Source: Histomonas meleagridis 2922-C6/04-290x (lineage: Eukaryota; Protista; Parabasalia). From it: a stretch of DNA of 64,000 nt. The stretch spans positions 62,001 to 126,000 of the forward strand of contig JAANOX010000017.1 of assembly GCA_020184695.1 (NCBI GenBank), read 5' to 3'. The notes beneath the pieces are model-generated. The model saw only the letters and a program-made list of their open reading frames with translations. It had not been told where the DNA came from and did no database searches. Shown here piece after piece: positions 22,543-34,667 of the stretch. The first letter of the stretch is position 1. Every line of letters starts with the position of its first letter. The position numbers and the translations under genes were made by a program.

Positions 22543-24948
22543 ATGAATGCGAACAACAGTAATGCAATTTATGTTATCAAAGTTGATGATGAAAAAAAGA
22601 ATCAAAAAAAGATAATAATTCCAAATAGTATGAGCTCATTAAAAAAAGCAGTTCAAAATGCATTTAATGAAAAAAATCCTGCAATTGAACTCCAAAATGA
22701 AAGAGGAGAAAAAATAGTTAACATTAAAAATGCGCATAATGCAACAAAGTTATTTGCGTTCTTTAAAATATCGTCTTTAAAGAAAAAACAAAAGCTAAAT
22801 TCAATTATAACAAAAGATGAAGAACCAATTTTATTGTCACTTCGTAACATAAATGGAGTAAATAGAAAGCCAAATGGCAATTCTAGAAAATCTTCAGTAA
22901 GTGTAAAATTTAATGATAATTCTTCAAGTTTTCTGGATGGTAGTTCATCTAAAAATTTGTCAACATGTTCAAGTCCATTTGTTACCTCTGAAATAAAGTT
23001 TGATTCACAAATGAGTGACTTTTCAGAGATAAGCTCAAATCAATTTTTTGATGAAACCTATTCAAACTCTAATGTTTTACTTGATTCTCAAAGAGATTTT
23101 TCTAGCAGCTCCAAAAATAAAGGTTTACCTAAAAAATCAATGTCAGAGGTTTCAAAAGATTCACAACAAAAAAGAAAAAGGTCAAATGCTTCGTCTATTC
23201 TTTCAAGTGTATCTTTTTCATCAGCTGCTAAATCCGTAATTCCAATGAATAAAACAAACACATTAGTTCCAAAGAAATCTCAGCAGCGTGCAAATTCATC
23301 GGCATCTATGAAAAAATCAGAAGATTCCCAATCGGAATATAACATTAAAAATGTTTCAAATTCTTTTTATAAACAAAAAAATAATATCAATGAAGAGGTA
23401 AATGAATCGAAACTTCATCCTGTAAAAAGTTCCGATTTACAAAACTTAAGTGAATCCTCTTCTTATCAATCAGATGATGAAGATTATCAAAAACTTAATT
23501 CTTCTAAAGATTTATTAAGTGAAAACGAAGAATCATATAAAGAAAATGAAGAATTGCCTGAATATAACAGTAGTAGTAAAACAAAAGAATCTAGTGAATC
23601 ATTAAACTCACTAGAAGAAGAAACAGATGAAATTCCAATTGAGAAATTAATTGGTGAATATGTTCCTCAATTGAAAGGAAATAATTCATTTATAGAATCA
23701 TATAATAAATTAAAGAAAAATGAAAAAGAATTTATTGATAAACTTGTTTATTTAGAAGATCAAGAAAAACGTATGTTTTATAACGAAATGATTTCTATGT
23801 TAAAAAGTGAAGGAATGTATTATGAACGTAATGATTTATTTCAATATGATTCTTATTTAAATTACTCGGAAAAATTCATTTCATCACATCGAAATTCTAT
23901 TTCACCAATTGGAACTAATTATTTCTTCCAAAATGTAATTGTTGGACCTAATACACAAACACGAAATATATTAATAAGTATAATTAGTCAACAACTTCTT
24001 ATTGATTTAATTACGACAGATACATGGAAACAAACATTTTTATGTATAATCAATATGAAAAATCTTATGAATAATATTTCAGATTTAACAGTTTTTTATT
24101 CAGATTTTATTCAACATCTTTTCGCACTTCTTCATATACAACTTCCATCAATGCGACAAATTCTTCCAGGAATTAAAAAATCATTTTTATCAATTATTCA
24201 AAATTCGAAACAAGAAAATGTTTTATTTCCAGCACAAATAACGAAAAATATTCAATATAAACAACTTTATAATGATTTAAAAACTATTACATCAACATTA
24301 TCAAATTGTTGGTTTGACTCGACATGTTTATCAGAATGGTTAATGAATATATTTCTTCTTCCAAAGAACTTAAGCAAAACTTTCGGCTTTAAGAAAATTA
24401 TTTTTATAATAAATGAATTTGATAAAAGTAAAATTGATATCTCAGGAAGTTATCCATTTGAAGGATCAGAAAATACTTATGCGATTATTAGTGAATATTT
24501 AAAATATGCGATTTCGAAATCTTCATTTATAATTTCATGTCCAATTAATGAAATATATCAAATGATGAAACCAATTGATGAAGAAAGTATCGATTTATAT
24601 TCAACAATAGAATATTTAAATGCATTAGATATTATTAAAGATATAAATAATATTCCTTATAAAGATTATGAACTTATTATCGAATTTGAGAATAAAAATT
24701 ATTGTAAAATGAAAATGAAAATTGAAGATTTAGGAGGAGATCCAATATTAATCGAAAAATGGGTAAAAATTAATGAAATGATCGATGATATAGAAAAAGA
24801 TGGAAACGAAAACATTGAAGAAGAAGAAATGTGTAATTTATCAATAGAAACAAAAAATTTATTTGATCTTATTTTTATATCAAATGAACATAATGAAGAA
24901 ATTTCAATTCGAAGTGTGTGTAGGAAAAGTAAACAAACAGAAAAATAA
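22543..24948 (+). CDS. Hypothetical protein (possible doublecortin-like N-terminus, Ser-rich linker, globular C-terminal domain)
   Basis: 801-codon uninterrupted ORF in very AT-rich DNA; the domain guess is tentative. Confidence 0.75.
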   Translation: MNANNSNAIYVIKVDDEKKNQKKIIIPNSMSSLKKAVQNAFNEKNPAIELQNERGEKIVNIKNAHNATKLFAFFKISSLKKKQKLNSIITKDEEPILLSLRNINGVNRKPNGNSRKSSVSVKFNDNSSSFLDGSSSKNLSTCSSPFVTSEIKFDSQMSDFSEISSNQFFDETYSNSNVLLDSQRDFSSSSKNKGLPKKSMSEVSKDSQQKRKRSNASSILSSVSFSSAAKSVIPMNKTNTLVPKKSQQRANSSASMKKSEDSQSEYNIKNVSNSFYKQKNNINEEVNESKLHPVKSSDLQNLSESSSYQSDDEDYQKLNSSKDLLSENEESYKENEELPEYNSSSKTKESSESLNSLEEETDEIPIEKLIGEYVPQLKGNNSFIESYNKLKKNEKEFIDKLVYLEDQEKRMFYNEMISMLKSEGMYYERNDLFQYDSYLNYSEKFISSHRNSISPIGTNYFFQNVIVGPNTQTRNILISIISQQLLIDLITTDTWKQTFLCIINMKNLMNNISDLTVFYSDFIQHLFALLHIQLPSMRQILPGIKKSFLSIIQNSKQENVLFPAQITKNIQYKQLYNDLKTITSTLSNCWFDSTCLSEWLMNIFLLPKNLSKTFGFKKIIFIINEFDKSKIDISGSYPFEGSENTYAIISEYLKYAISKSSFIISCPINEIYQMMKPIDEESIDLYSTIEYLNALDIIKDINNIPYKDYELIIEFENKNYCKMKMKIEDLGGDPILIEKWVKINEMIDDIEKDGNENIEEEEMCNLSIETKNLFDLIFISNEHNEEISIRSVCRKSKQTEK

Positions 24949-25330
24949 ATTGTAAATATGAATACAATTTAATTATTATTTATTACAAATAAACATGAAA
25001 TAGAAATAATTTTATAATATTTTTGATTTAAATCCTAATTTTTTTCATGAATGATTCATTAAGTTTTTTATGAATCATCAACAATTTAATTATTTCAAAC
25101 ATTAAAAATTATTTTATTGATCCAATTTCCAATAAAACGCATTGCATTATTCGCAATTTTTTTTTATTCATTAGAATTACATTCTTAATATTATTTATGA
25201 TTATGTTCAAACATTATACATTAAAAAAGATAAAAATTTTCGAAAATTTTGTAGCATTAAAAAAAGTCAAATGAATAAAAATATATTCATTTGTATATTT
25301 TGATTTTATATCAAGTTTTTTTATATAAAT

Positions 25331-26115
25331 TCAAATATTCGTAACAAATGCTTGTTCATTAAAATCATTTGCAAATGGGTCTTCTTCAATAACTTTAAAT
25401 GTCATTACAGAACAATTTTTGATTTCTTGCATCTCATTTTCAATTTCATCATCTTGATCATTTTCATCTTCATGATTAGTTTTTTGATTTCGTCGGATAA
25501 TAATAATAATCGTAACAATTATCACAGCGAAAACAATTATTCCAATAACAATTCCAATAATTAAAAATATATTCGTATCTTTCCCTGTTTCATTTTGTTG
25601 ATCGTCATTACCACCATAAACATTCATAAAATAAAAATCGAAATAATATGAAATATAAGTTGAATACATTATAACTGTATAATCATAATAAATAATTTCA
25701 GTGATAATATATGTGTAATCATTCGATAATTGTGTGAAAATCATTGAGATTGAACTATATACATTATGAATTGAAATTGTATTTATTAATGTTAAAGAAT
25801 TCGTTAAAGTATTTGATAATGTAATTCCATATGAATATGAATTTGTTTTTGCTTGTATTTCAGTATTTTGATATGAATGTTTTTTTGTGTTTTTTTATTT
25901 CTGTTGATATTAAATGTGATCGTGAAGGTGTTGGATGTGGTGATTGAGATAATGTTGGAGATTTTGAAACAGATGCTGATGCTGATATTGATGGTGATCG
26001 TGAAGGTGATCTTGTAGGTGATTCTGTTGGTGATTTTGTAGGTGACCGTGATGGTGGAGGTGATGCTGTTGGTGATGGTGATCGTGATCGTGATGGTGTT
26101 GCATCTGGAATTTTA
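25331..26115 (-). pseudogene. Surface-protein gene copy 1: stalk, TM and tail only, ectodomain deleted
   Basis: 5' flank (shared with copy 3) is joined directly to IPDATP at about 26113; S/P/T stalk; TM IIGIVIGIIVFAVIIV; tail EEDPFANDF. Confidence 0.8.
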
Positions 26116-26559
26116 AAATAACTTTTTGAAAGGATTGTGAACAGCATTATAAAATGAATATTTTTGGATGGTGAGAAAAATATATGCAATATAGAGAAAC
26201 TGAACAAAGTCCCCTAGTGAAATGCCTTTAGTTTTTCTAGTAAAGACGTGATCTCATCCGGTGGTGATGGAATTAAGCTTAATTTTAGCCAAATCCAAAC
26301 CAAACCAGAAAAGTTTTTTGAATATGTTCTCAAATTAAAACAATAACATAACCGCTGGCATCTGACAATGCATATTCAATTTTTTTGACTAACAAAACTG
26401 TATGAAAACCGTAAACTTTAACGGAGAGAAAAAATGAATATGACACCAACCGCATGCAAAACTATCAACAAAATAGAAATAAGCAGACACTTGTAAATGT
26501 CAGAATTAAAAATTGTTAGGTTTAACCTCGTCAAGTAATCCATTTTAATTAATTTAAAC

Positions 26560-28396
26560 CTTGAACAAAACATTCAAAAATTTTCGGCATTAATATTAGT
26601 TCCTTCTTTTTCGATAAGTATTTTAACAATATCTTTATGACCATTTTTTGAGGCCCAAATTAATGGTATTTCAAATTATATAATAAAACTTTAAATTTTG
26701 GCTTAAAAACCAAAGTAACTCTAAATAATATCGATTATAGTAAATAAAAATCATCTATAACATTTAAAGCAATTCTTTTATGTTCCAAAAGTAATTTAAC
26801 TATTTCTAAATTACCATCTCTAGATGCAAAAATAAGTGCTGTTTTAAATATTTTTTGTAATTTCCAAAAATTATTTTGAAATATCAAATTATTAATATAA
26901 ATTTTAAATATAACAAATAAATATTTTTTGCATTAACATCAATTCCTTCTTGTTCAAGAAGTAATTTAACTATTTCTGTATGACCACTTTCAGATGCAAT
27001 CATAAGTGCTGTTTGAAATAATTTAAATAATTTTTAAATATTATTTTGAAAAATCAAATTATTAAAATAAATTTTAAATCAAACATATGAATATCTTTCG
27101 CATTGATATCAATTCCTTTTTGTTTAACAAGTAATTTTACTATTTCTGTATTACCTTTTTCAGCAACATATATCAAAGGTGTTCTAAATAATTTAATAAA
27201 CCATTATTAAATATTATATGAAAACATTGAAATTTTACAAAAAATATTTACAGAATTAAAATTGATTCCTTTTCTGTGCTTAAGAATGATATATTCCACA
27301 ACTTCAACATTCTCTGATTTAATAGAATAAATCAAAATATTTTTTGGTTTTTTCTTATTATTATGAAGAAAATACATGAGTAGATATATATTACCAATTT
27401 CTGCTGATTTTTTGATAATAGATTCATTGATTTAGTTCCTTCTCCTTCTAAAAATGATAGGATTTCATAATTCCCACTCATAACACAAAATTTTATTAAA
27501 TCAATATCAAGAAAATTTTATGAGGCTTTGTATCATGTTCCTTACACAAATTATCCATTTTATTTTCATAAAGATAAAGAAAAATATCATTTCGATGAGA
27601 TTTAATTGCTATTTCATAACCCTATAAATGATGAACCATTTTGTTCACATAAATTAATTATTTCTTCATTTCCATCTACAACTGCATATTTACCTGCATT
27701 TCCTAATTTTGCACCATTCATAAGTAAATATTTGAAACATTTAACAGTTGAAAAAAAAATGCTGCATAATCAATTAATGTAACATTTTTTTGATTAATAA
27801 ATGAATATCTTTCATAAAGTGATGGTTCAATTATTTGATTAAAATCAAAATTTGTTTGTGATGATTTTTCTTGAAGTTTTTCTATTTCATCATTTCGAAT
27901 GATTTTTGCAATTTCATTTGGATTATGTCCTTCTTTAATATATTTTTTATGAAGTTCAATATAGTTCTTTGAAAGTTGGTCATAATTTTTTAAAAAAGTA
28001 GAGCAAAATCGATCACTGGGGATATGTTTTTTGTTTTCATTTGTAGTTTTGTAATGAGCAAAATATTTTGAAGGAATTATCTTTGTAATATTTGCATCAA
28101 TTAAATTTTGTCTTATCATTTCCTCAATTAGATATAAAGCTTCTTGAGAATTATTCCTTATGATATAATTAAGGAATATTTCAATAATATTGTATTTAGA
28201 ATTAATTTTTTCCTCTTCTTTCTTTTGAATTATTTCTAAAAATTTAAAATACGTAGTACACTTATTTCTTTGTGATAAAAATGCATAATAAATTAAATTA
28301 CTTATCACAAGATTAAATGAATATGGTAAATTAAAATCAAATAATTTTATTGTATGTTTAGCTGACAAATATATATTTCTTTCTTTTTAGATTCAT
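26560..28396 (-). pseudogene. Ankyrin/DUF3447-like gene, locus D (homopolymer frameshifts may be assembly errors)
   Basis: Family motifs present. Inserts at 27183-27248 (66), 27013-27095 (83), 26843-26925 (83) and 26670-26755 (86) lie between intact cores. Ends are approximate. Confidence 0.7.
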
Positions 28397-29199
28397 TATT
28401 ATTTGTTCAAGCTCAGAGAATAATTCTAGTTCTATGTTTTGGAGATATTTTTTTTTTCTTTTTTACTTGCATTTGTTTTGCGTTTTCGCATATTTTATGT
28501 GGTTTAAGTCAATGCGATTTACAAAATTTGACCCTAAACCAAACCAGAGCTGCAGTCAAAATAAATTTCATGATGGAATTTCTCGAAACTTCTACCATAG
28601 AAAGAGGAATATACCTATATATATATGAACACCTATTTTTGTGATTTCTTTTGTACGTTTTGGAGAAAAAGTGATATTACGAAAAATGAAGATCTCGAAA
28701 CAGGTAAGAGTTTTTATAAAAATATTAATATTTTTATAAAGTACATATATATGTGATAAAAAGTTAATTTGAATGTATCTTGATAAATCCTATTCATAAT
28801 GAGATAAACATCAATTTATCTCCAACATCAATTTCCTTAATTTCAAAGTCTGAAATAAAAAGGTGCGATACTCTTGTTTTCTATATATTTATATTATTTA
28901 TGATCTGAAAAATTATTTATTTATAGAACTTATTAAAAAATATAATATAGATAAAATAATATTTTGATTTTTATTTATGGTGACGTGATTTTTTTATAAA
29001 ACAGACCTAGTCAAATCATGCTGTTTTCAAGGAAAATTAGATTATTTCCTCTATATTATTGATATTATTTGCCAAAAAATTATTTTTTTTATACTACATT
29101 AAGTACACCACAATTCTATAGATTTGGAAGAAAAAAGAAAGAATTTTAGATCAAAAACAAAAAAACCCACCACATTCAGAAAATTCATCATCTCCAATA

Positions 29200-30260
29200 T
29201 TCAACATTATTTCCGATAATTAAAGATTCTGTAAATTTTGAACATAATGCAAATGTATAATGATTAATAATCGTTACTTTATCTGGAATTATTAATGACC
29301 TGCAAAATTACAATTTCAATAAGTGAATTAGGTAAAACTAATGATTAACTTAATGAACGACATCCTAAAAATGCATATGATGATGTAATTACTAATTTCG
29401 TATTAGTAATATCTAAAATACAATTAGCAAATGCATTAGATCCAATAGAAATAAGATTAGTAGGTATAAATAATGAAATGGTAATTCCTGTACATCCTGA
29501 AAATGATTCTCGTCATATTAATTAGTCTTTCTGGCAATCGTGATGCTAATTCAAATGTATGATTCTTCCATAATGCTTCTTAAATTATTCCCTTATCATC
29601 AAGATCAAGAAATTATGAACATTGTTCAATAAAATGTGAACTAATTCTTGTAACTCTAGGTGCAATTCGAATATACTTTAATGTGTTTGAGCCGGGAATT
29701 GCATAAGAGGGTATAACTGTTATTGTAAATATAAATTTGATAACAAGAATCTTGAAATGCATAATATTCCATTGATAAAATATTTGAACATTTATCGAAA
29801 GCACAATATTTAATTTCAACAATTCATGATTATTCATCAATGTTAATATATATCTATATATTATCATTATGCAAATTTGATTCAGCATCTCTAAAGTGAT
29901 GGAAAATCAAAAAATGTGTTTTCAAAGATATAATGATCAATGTCTAAAGTAATTTCTTTAAGTTTTGGACACTTACATATTGAAATAATGTTTTCATAGC
30001 CAGTTCCACTAATATTGTGACCATCAAATGATAACTGTTCGAAGAGAATCACAATTTATTAAAGCCTTATCAAGAATACTTCTTTTATCATTTCCTTCAA
30101 TTTCAACTGTCTGCAAAGATGAACACCAATAAAATGCATATTCTTTATCAAAATGAAATTCTGTAAATCCTTTACATAATAAAAATGCATTTCGTCCAAA
30201 TTCCTTCAATCTAATAGACATAAAATGTATATTCTATAATAATTTCATTACCATAGAGAA
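29200..30260 (-). pseudogene. BspA-like (TpLRR) leucine-rich-repeat relic
   Basis: Fragments read FSGCTGITISLFIPTNLISIGSNAFAN, YAFLGCRSL and YAFYWCSSLQTVEI, with many stops and frameshifts. Confidence 0.65.
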
Positions 30261-30600
30261 CAAATTTGTTATAACGTGTACACATAGCAAAACCTCTATC
30301 TCCAATTCATATTGCATTTATAAGGCCTGTATTTTTGGTACACTTATAAACTCTTAAGTGCAATACCATTATAGGAAATATTCCAAGATTCCTCAAAAAG
30401 CATGGTCGAAACCGAATCGAATTTCGAAAAATTGATCATTTGAAATTTCTGAACAACATTTTTGTCACATCTCAGCACTCTTGATTTTAAAACAACTCAT
30501 ATAAAGCATAGTAATAAAAAAAATATTATGAACACTTTATTTATTAAGTAGGCATAAAGTAAAAATGCCCCTTTATTTTAATACATTATAAAATAAAAAT

Positions 30601-33084
30601 TTAAATATTAGTAACAAATGCTTGTTCATTAAAATCATTTGCAAATGGGTCTTCTTCAATATCTTTAAATGATAATCCAGAATAATTATTGATTTCTCGC
30701 GTTTCATTTGAGTTTCCGATGTCAATATCAATTTCATCATCTTGATCATTTTCATCTTCATAATTAGTTTTTTGATTTCGTCGGATAATAATAATAATCG
30801 TAACAATTATCACAGCGAAAACAATTATTCCAATAACAATTCCAATAATTAAAAATATATTCGTATCTTTCCCTGTTTCATTTTGTTGATCGTCATTACC
30901 ACCATAAACATTCATAAAATAAAAATCGAAATAATATGAAATATAAGTTGAATACATTATAACTGTATAATCATAATAAATAATTTCAGTGATAATATAT
31001 GTGTAATCATTCGATAATTGTGTGAAAAATCATTGAGATTGAACTATATACATTATGAATTGAAATTGTATTTATTAATGTTAAAGAATTCGTTAAAGTA
31101 TTTGATAATGTAATTCCATATGAATATGAATTTGTTTTTGCTTGTATTTCAGTATTTTGATATGAATGTTTTTGTGTTTTTATTTCTGTTGATATTAAAT
31201 GTGATCGTGAAGGTGTTGGATGTGGTGATTGAGATAATGTTGGAGATTTTGAAACAGATGCTGATGCTGATATTGATGGTGATCGTGAAGGTGATCTTGT
31301 AGGTGATTCTGTTGGTGATTTTGTAGGTGATCGTGATGGTGATTTCGAAGGTGTTGCATCCGGAATTGGAATAGTTAAACTTGTAATGTTACCAATATTT
31401 CCTGCACCATCAACTGCTGCAACAAAGACATTCATTCCATTGGTAACTTGTTTTGAATTAAGATAAATGTAATCGTCTTTTGTTGCACTTGTTAAAGCAT
31501 CAATAGTAACACTTTGATCATTTGTAACTGTGTAAATGTAATGATCAACTCCTGTTGTAACAGTAACTTCAACTGGTTCAGATTCTGCATAAACATCATC
31601 ATTCGATTTTAAAAGTGCTTGAACTTTGAATCTGTATTTAGTTCCTTTGTCAATACTATCAATATGAACTCTATATGATTTTTCTTCATATCTAAGATTA
31701 ACTGTTGGCGATTCATAATCTTGTGATGAATGATCTTCTGCAAATGTTTCAGAAGTCCTTTGATTTAAATAATAAATCGTATTCGCAATAATTTTCCTTT
31801 CATCTTCTGTCGATTCGCAATTACTATGACCTGTTTGAATCATTGCTGTGTTATTTTTAGTTGTAAGATAGAAATTGTGTTGAAGACCTGCACTATCTGT
31901 TTGTGTATTTGCATTGGTTCCTAATGCCATCCAAACATCACCTGTCGTGGCATGTGAATTTGTATGTGTTGTTGGGATTGTGAGAACAGTTCCAATGTCA
32001 CCAATTTGATATGGATAATTTGTTAACAAACCTTTGCGAACAATGGTAATAGTTTGTTGTGTAATAAATTGATATTGAATATTTACACCATTATAAGAAC
32101 TATCAACAGATTGAGATTTAATCCCAAAAAGATCTCTGATTGAAAGTAAACTTGTTGCAACACCATTAATATAGAAGCTGTATACGATTGAATCATGTCC
32201 TGCCAAAAATCCATACCCTTTGTTGATATATCTTGTCACTGCACCTTTAGCTGTTTCTGTTGAGATTCCATAACCAGTACTGGCATCCCATGTTCCAAAA
32301 ACAATAACACTATAATTGTATAGAAATTCGTCATCATTTGCTTTTTCTTCAAAATCATTAATTGAGATGGGTGTGACAGAAATCAGTTGTTCACCTGTAG
32401 AAGTATCAATGCCATAAGGTTCGAAGGTGGTTCTGGATCCATCACTATCTATCATGATACCTCCTTCCATCCAAACTTTTAATGAGGCTGATTTCGGCAG
32501 TGTATGCCAGACATCAGAACCTTCTTCATTTTTATATTGAAAATTGACATTATAAGTGTTATAACTCCCAGCCCATGATGAACCTTGTCCTTTATTTCCA
32601 TCAGTTTGACTTGGATAGATGTTTAATACATTAACATGCGTACCTGATTTATATGTACTTATTTGTTTCCAGGTAGTATCATACTCATCAGCATCTGTGT
32701 CATAACTTTGTTGGAAAAACTTTATAATATATTTCTTGATTTTCAATTTTTGACCAACTTAAATATGCACCACCTTTACCAGATGCATACGAAGTATTAA
32801 CCTGCACATTTAAGCTTATGGATTGACTTGATTGACAATGAGCGAAGAAGAAAGACAAAACAAACATTTTTGGGAGGGATAAATTGACTCGTGGTTTGAA
32901 TGCAATTGCAAAAGTTATTCGTAGAATTCAGTTGATCTATTGATTCCCACACAAATTGACTCTTTTCAAAACAACTTTTTGAAATAAACGTTACTTCGTA
33001 ATAAAATATGTTTCTTGTTGGATTGTGCACGCTGAGATAAAATTTAGAATAACTCAGCATAAAATTCTGAAGGCCTTCATTCAA
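30601..33084 (-). CDS. Surface-protein gene copy 2 (DUF5057-like ectodomain + Ig-like segment + S/P stalk + TM + acidic tail) fused to a foreign 5' segment
   Basis: Continuous reading from 33084 (or inner ATG 32867) to the stop at 30601 after correcting three +1 homopolymer positions (about 32869, 32717 and 31027) that are one base shorter in the sister copies. Confidence 0.7.
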
Positions 33085-33159
33085 TATATTTTATTTTTGG
33101 AATATACAAAGGGATTGATTTCTTGTTGTTTTAAAATCAAAGAAGGGCAAGGATCTTAG

Positions 33160-33236
33160 TATCGTAACGATAAACGGTTATTAACAATTCTCTCAATATC
33201 AAAACAACCACAACCAATTTCAACAGTTAACCGTTT
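33160..33236. promoter_or_regulatory. Cluster of Myb-recognition-like sites
   Basis: Palindrome TATCGT-A-ACGATA (33160-33172) and inverted pair AAACGGTTA (33172-33180) / TAACCGTTT (33228-33236), about 75-150 bp upstream of ATG 33084. They resemble trichomonad MRE/M3 elements. Confidence 0.4.
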
Positions 33237-34018
33237 TCATTCGATAAGTATTCAATTTGAATGTATCGTTGGTTCAAACGCTACCGGTTCGAACGTTAAG
33301 CCCAAACAACATGAACTTTTGTGCAAAAGTGTGAACTGGGTAAAAAAGGGTAAATTCCGATTGCCATTTTTTGAAGAAGAATTTTTCTATTTAACGTTTT
33401 TAAGTTGTTGGGCAAAATGATAGATATTAAGATTCGACTCCGATTGTAAAATATTGTAAGTTAAGACATTCTCAAATTTCTGAGGTTTATTTTGAATGTT
33501 TGGAATTTTAATTCTTCTTGTTTCTGTATCTCTAGATATTAATGGTTCTAGGAAATAAAAAATAATTTCCCCTATATCTTCATTTATGATATTACTTTTT
33601 GGCATATTAAAATTTTGATTATATATAATATAGAGTGAGAATGACTGGATCCTTTTTTAAATTGAACCACAAACGTAAAAATGAATCTACAAAAAAAATT
33701 ATAAAAAATGTATAGCAAAAAAAAAATCGACCAAATGCTAGAACAATACTTGAAATATTTTATTCGAAAAAATAATTGTTTGATCAAACAAGCAACAAAT
33801 AAGTATCCATTAACTCAAAATCATTACTAAATAAAAGGATCCAATGAGTTTTCATAAATATTTGAGATTTTTTAAATTTTATGCTATCATAAATTCAATA
33901 TAAATCGATCAAAAGTTTGTGCCAATATTATCGGGCCACCCTAATAATAAAATGCCATATGTAAAAAGTGATATGACCATCTAACCCAAATTTTGAACGA
34001 AAATTTTCGTGTGAGTGC

Positions 34019-34028
34019 TCACTTCATT
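34019..34028 (+). promoter_or_regulatory. Trichomonad Inr (TCACT/TCATT) of the ubiquitin gene
   Basis: TCACTTCATT lies 9-18 nt upstream of ATG 34037. Confidence 0.6.
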
Positions 34029-34036
34029 TTTATCGA

Positions 34037-34498
34037 ATGCAAATCTTCGTCAAGACCCTCACAGGTAAGCACATCACACTTGAAGTTGAACCAACTGATC
34101 GTATTGAAGATGTCAAATCCAAGATTCAAGACAAGGAAGGTATCCCACCAGATCAACAACGTTTAATTTTCGCTGGTAAGCAACTCGAAGATGGCAACAC
34201 ACTCCAAGACTATTCCATCCAAAAGGACTCCACACTTCACTTAGTTCTTCGTCTTCGTGGCGGTATGCAAATCTTTGTTAAGACCCTCACAGGTAAGCAC
34301 ATCACACTTGAAGTTGAACCAACTGACCGCATTGAAGATGTCAAATCCAAAATTCAAGACAAGGAAGGTATCCCACCAGATCAACAACGTTTAATTTTCG
34401 CTGGTAAGCAACTCGAAGATGGCAACACACTCCAAGACTATTCCATCCAAAAGGACTCCACACTTCACTTAGTTCTTCGTCTTCGTGGCGGTAATTAA
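34037..34498 (+). CDS. UBI: Polyubiquitin (two units plus terminal Asn)
   Basis: Two identical 76-aa ubiquitins [26 protein letters not shown]...LRLRGG, of the trichomonad type. Confidence 0.99.
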   Translation: MQIFVKTLTGKHITLEVEPTDRIEDVKSKIQDKEGIPPDQQRLIFAGKQLEDGNTLQDYSIQKDSTLHLVLRLRGGMQIFVKTLTGKHITLEVEPTDRIEDVKSKIQDKEGIPPDQQRLIFAGKQLEDGNTLQDYSIQKDSTLHLVLRLRGGN

Positions 34499-34667
34499 AG
34501 CAATAAACATTTCAGATTTAAATCTTGCTTTTAATTTTATGTTTTAAATTCATCACTCAAAACATATTTCACAATCTTTTTTACTTCCATTTTAGAAATA
34601 ACATATAATATTTTAAAGGATTATTTAACAATAATTTTATGATACATTTTTACTTTATTTGACATTT

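Noticed and set aside
25910-26104. His/Gln-rich ORFs (also 40193-40435)
   Set aside because: Alternative frames of the Ser/Pro stalk repeats.
28760-28890. Short frame IAPFISDFEIKEIDVGDKLMFISL resembling a PP2C fragment
   Set aside because: Too short and stop-interrupted to support.
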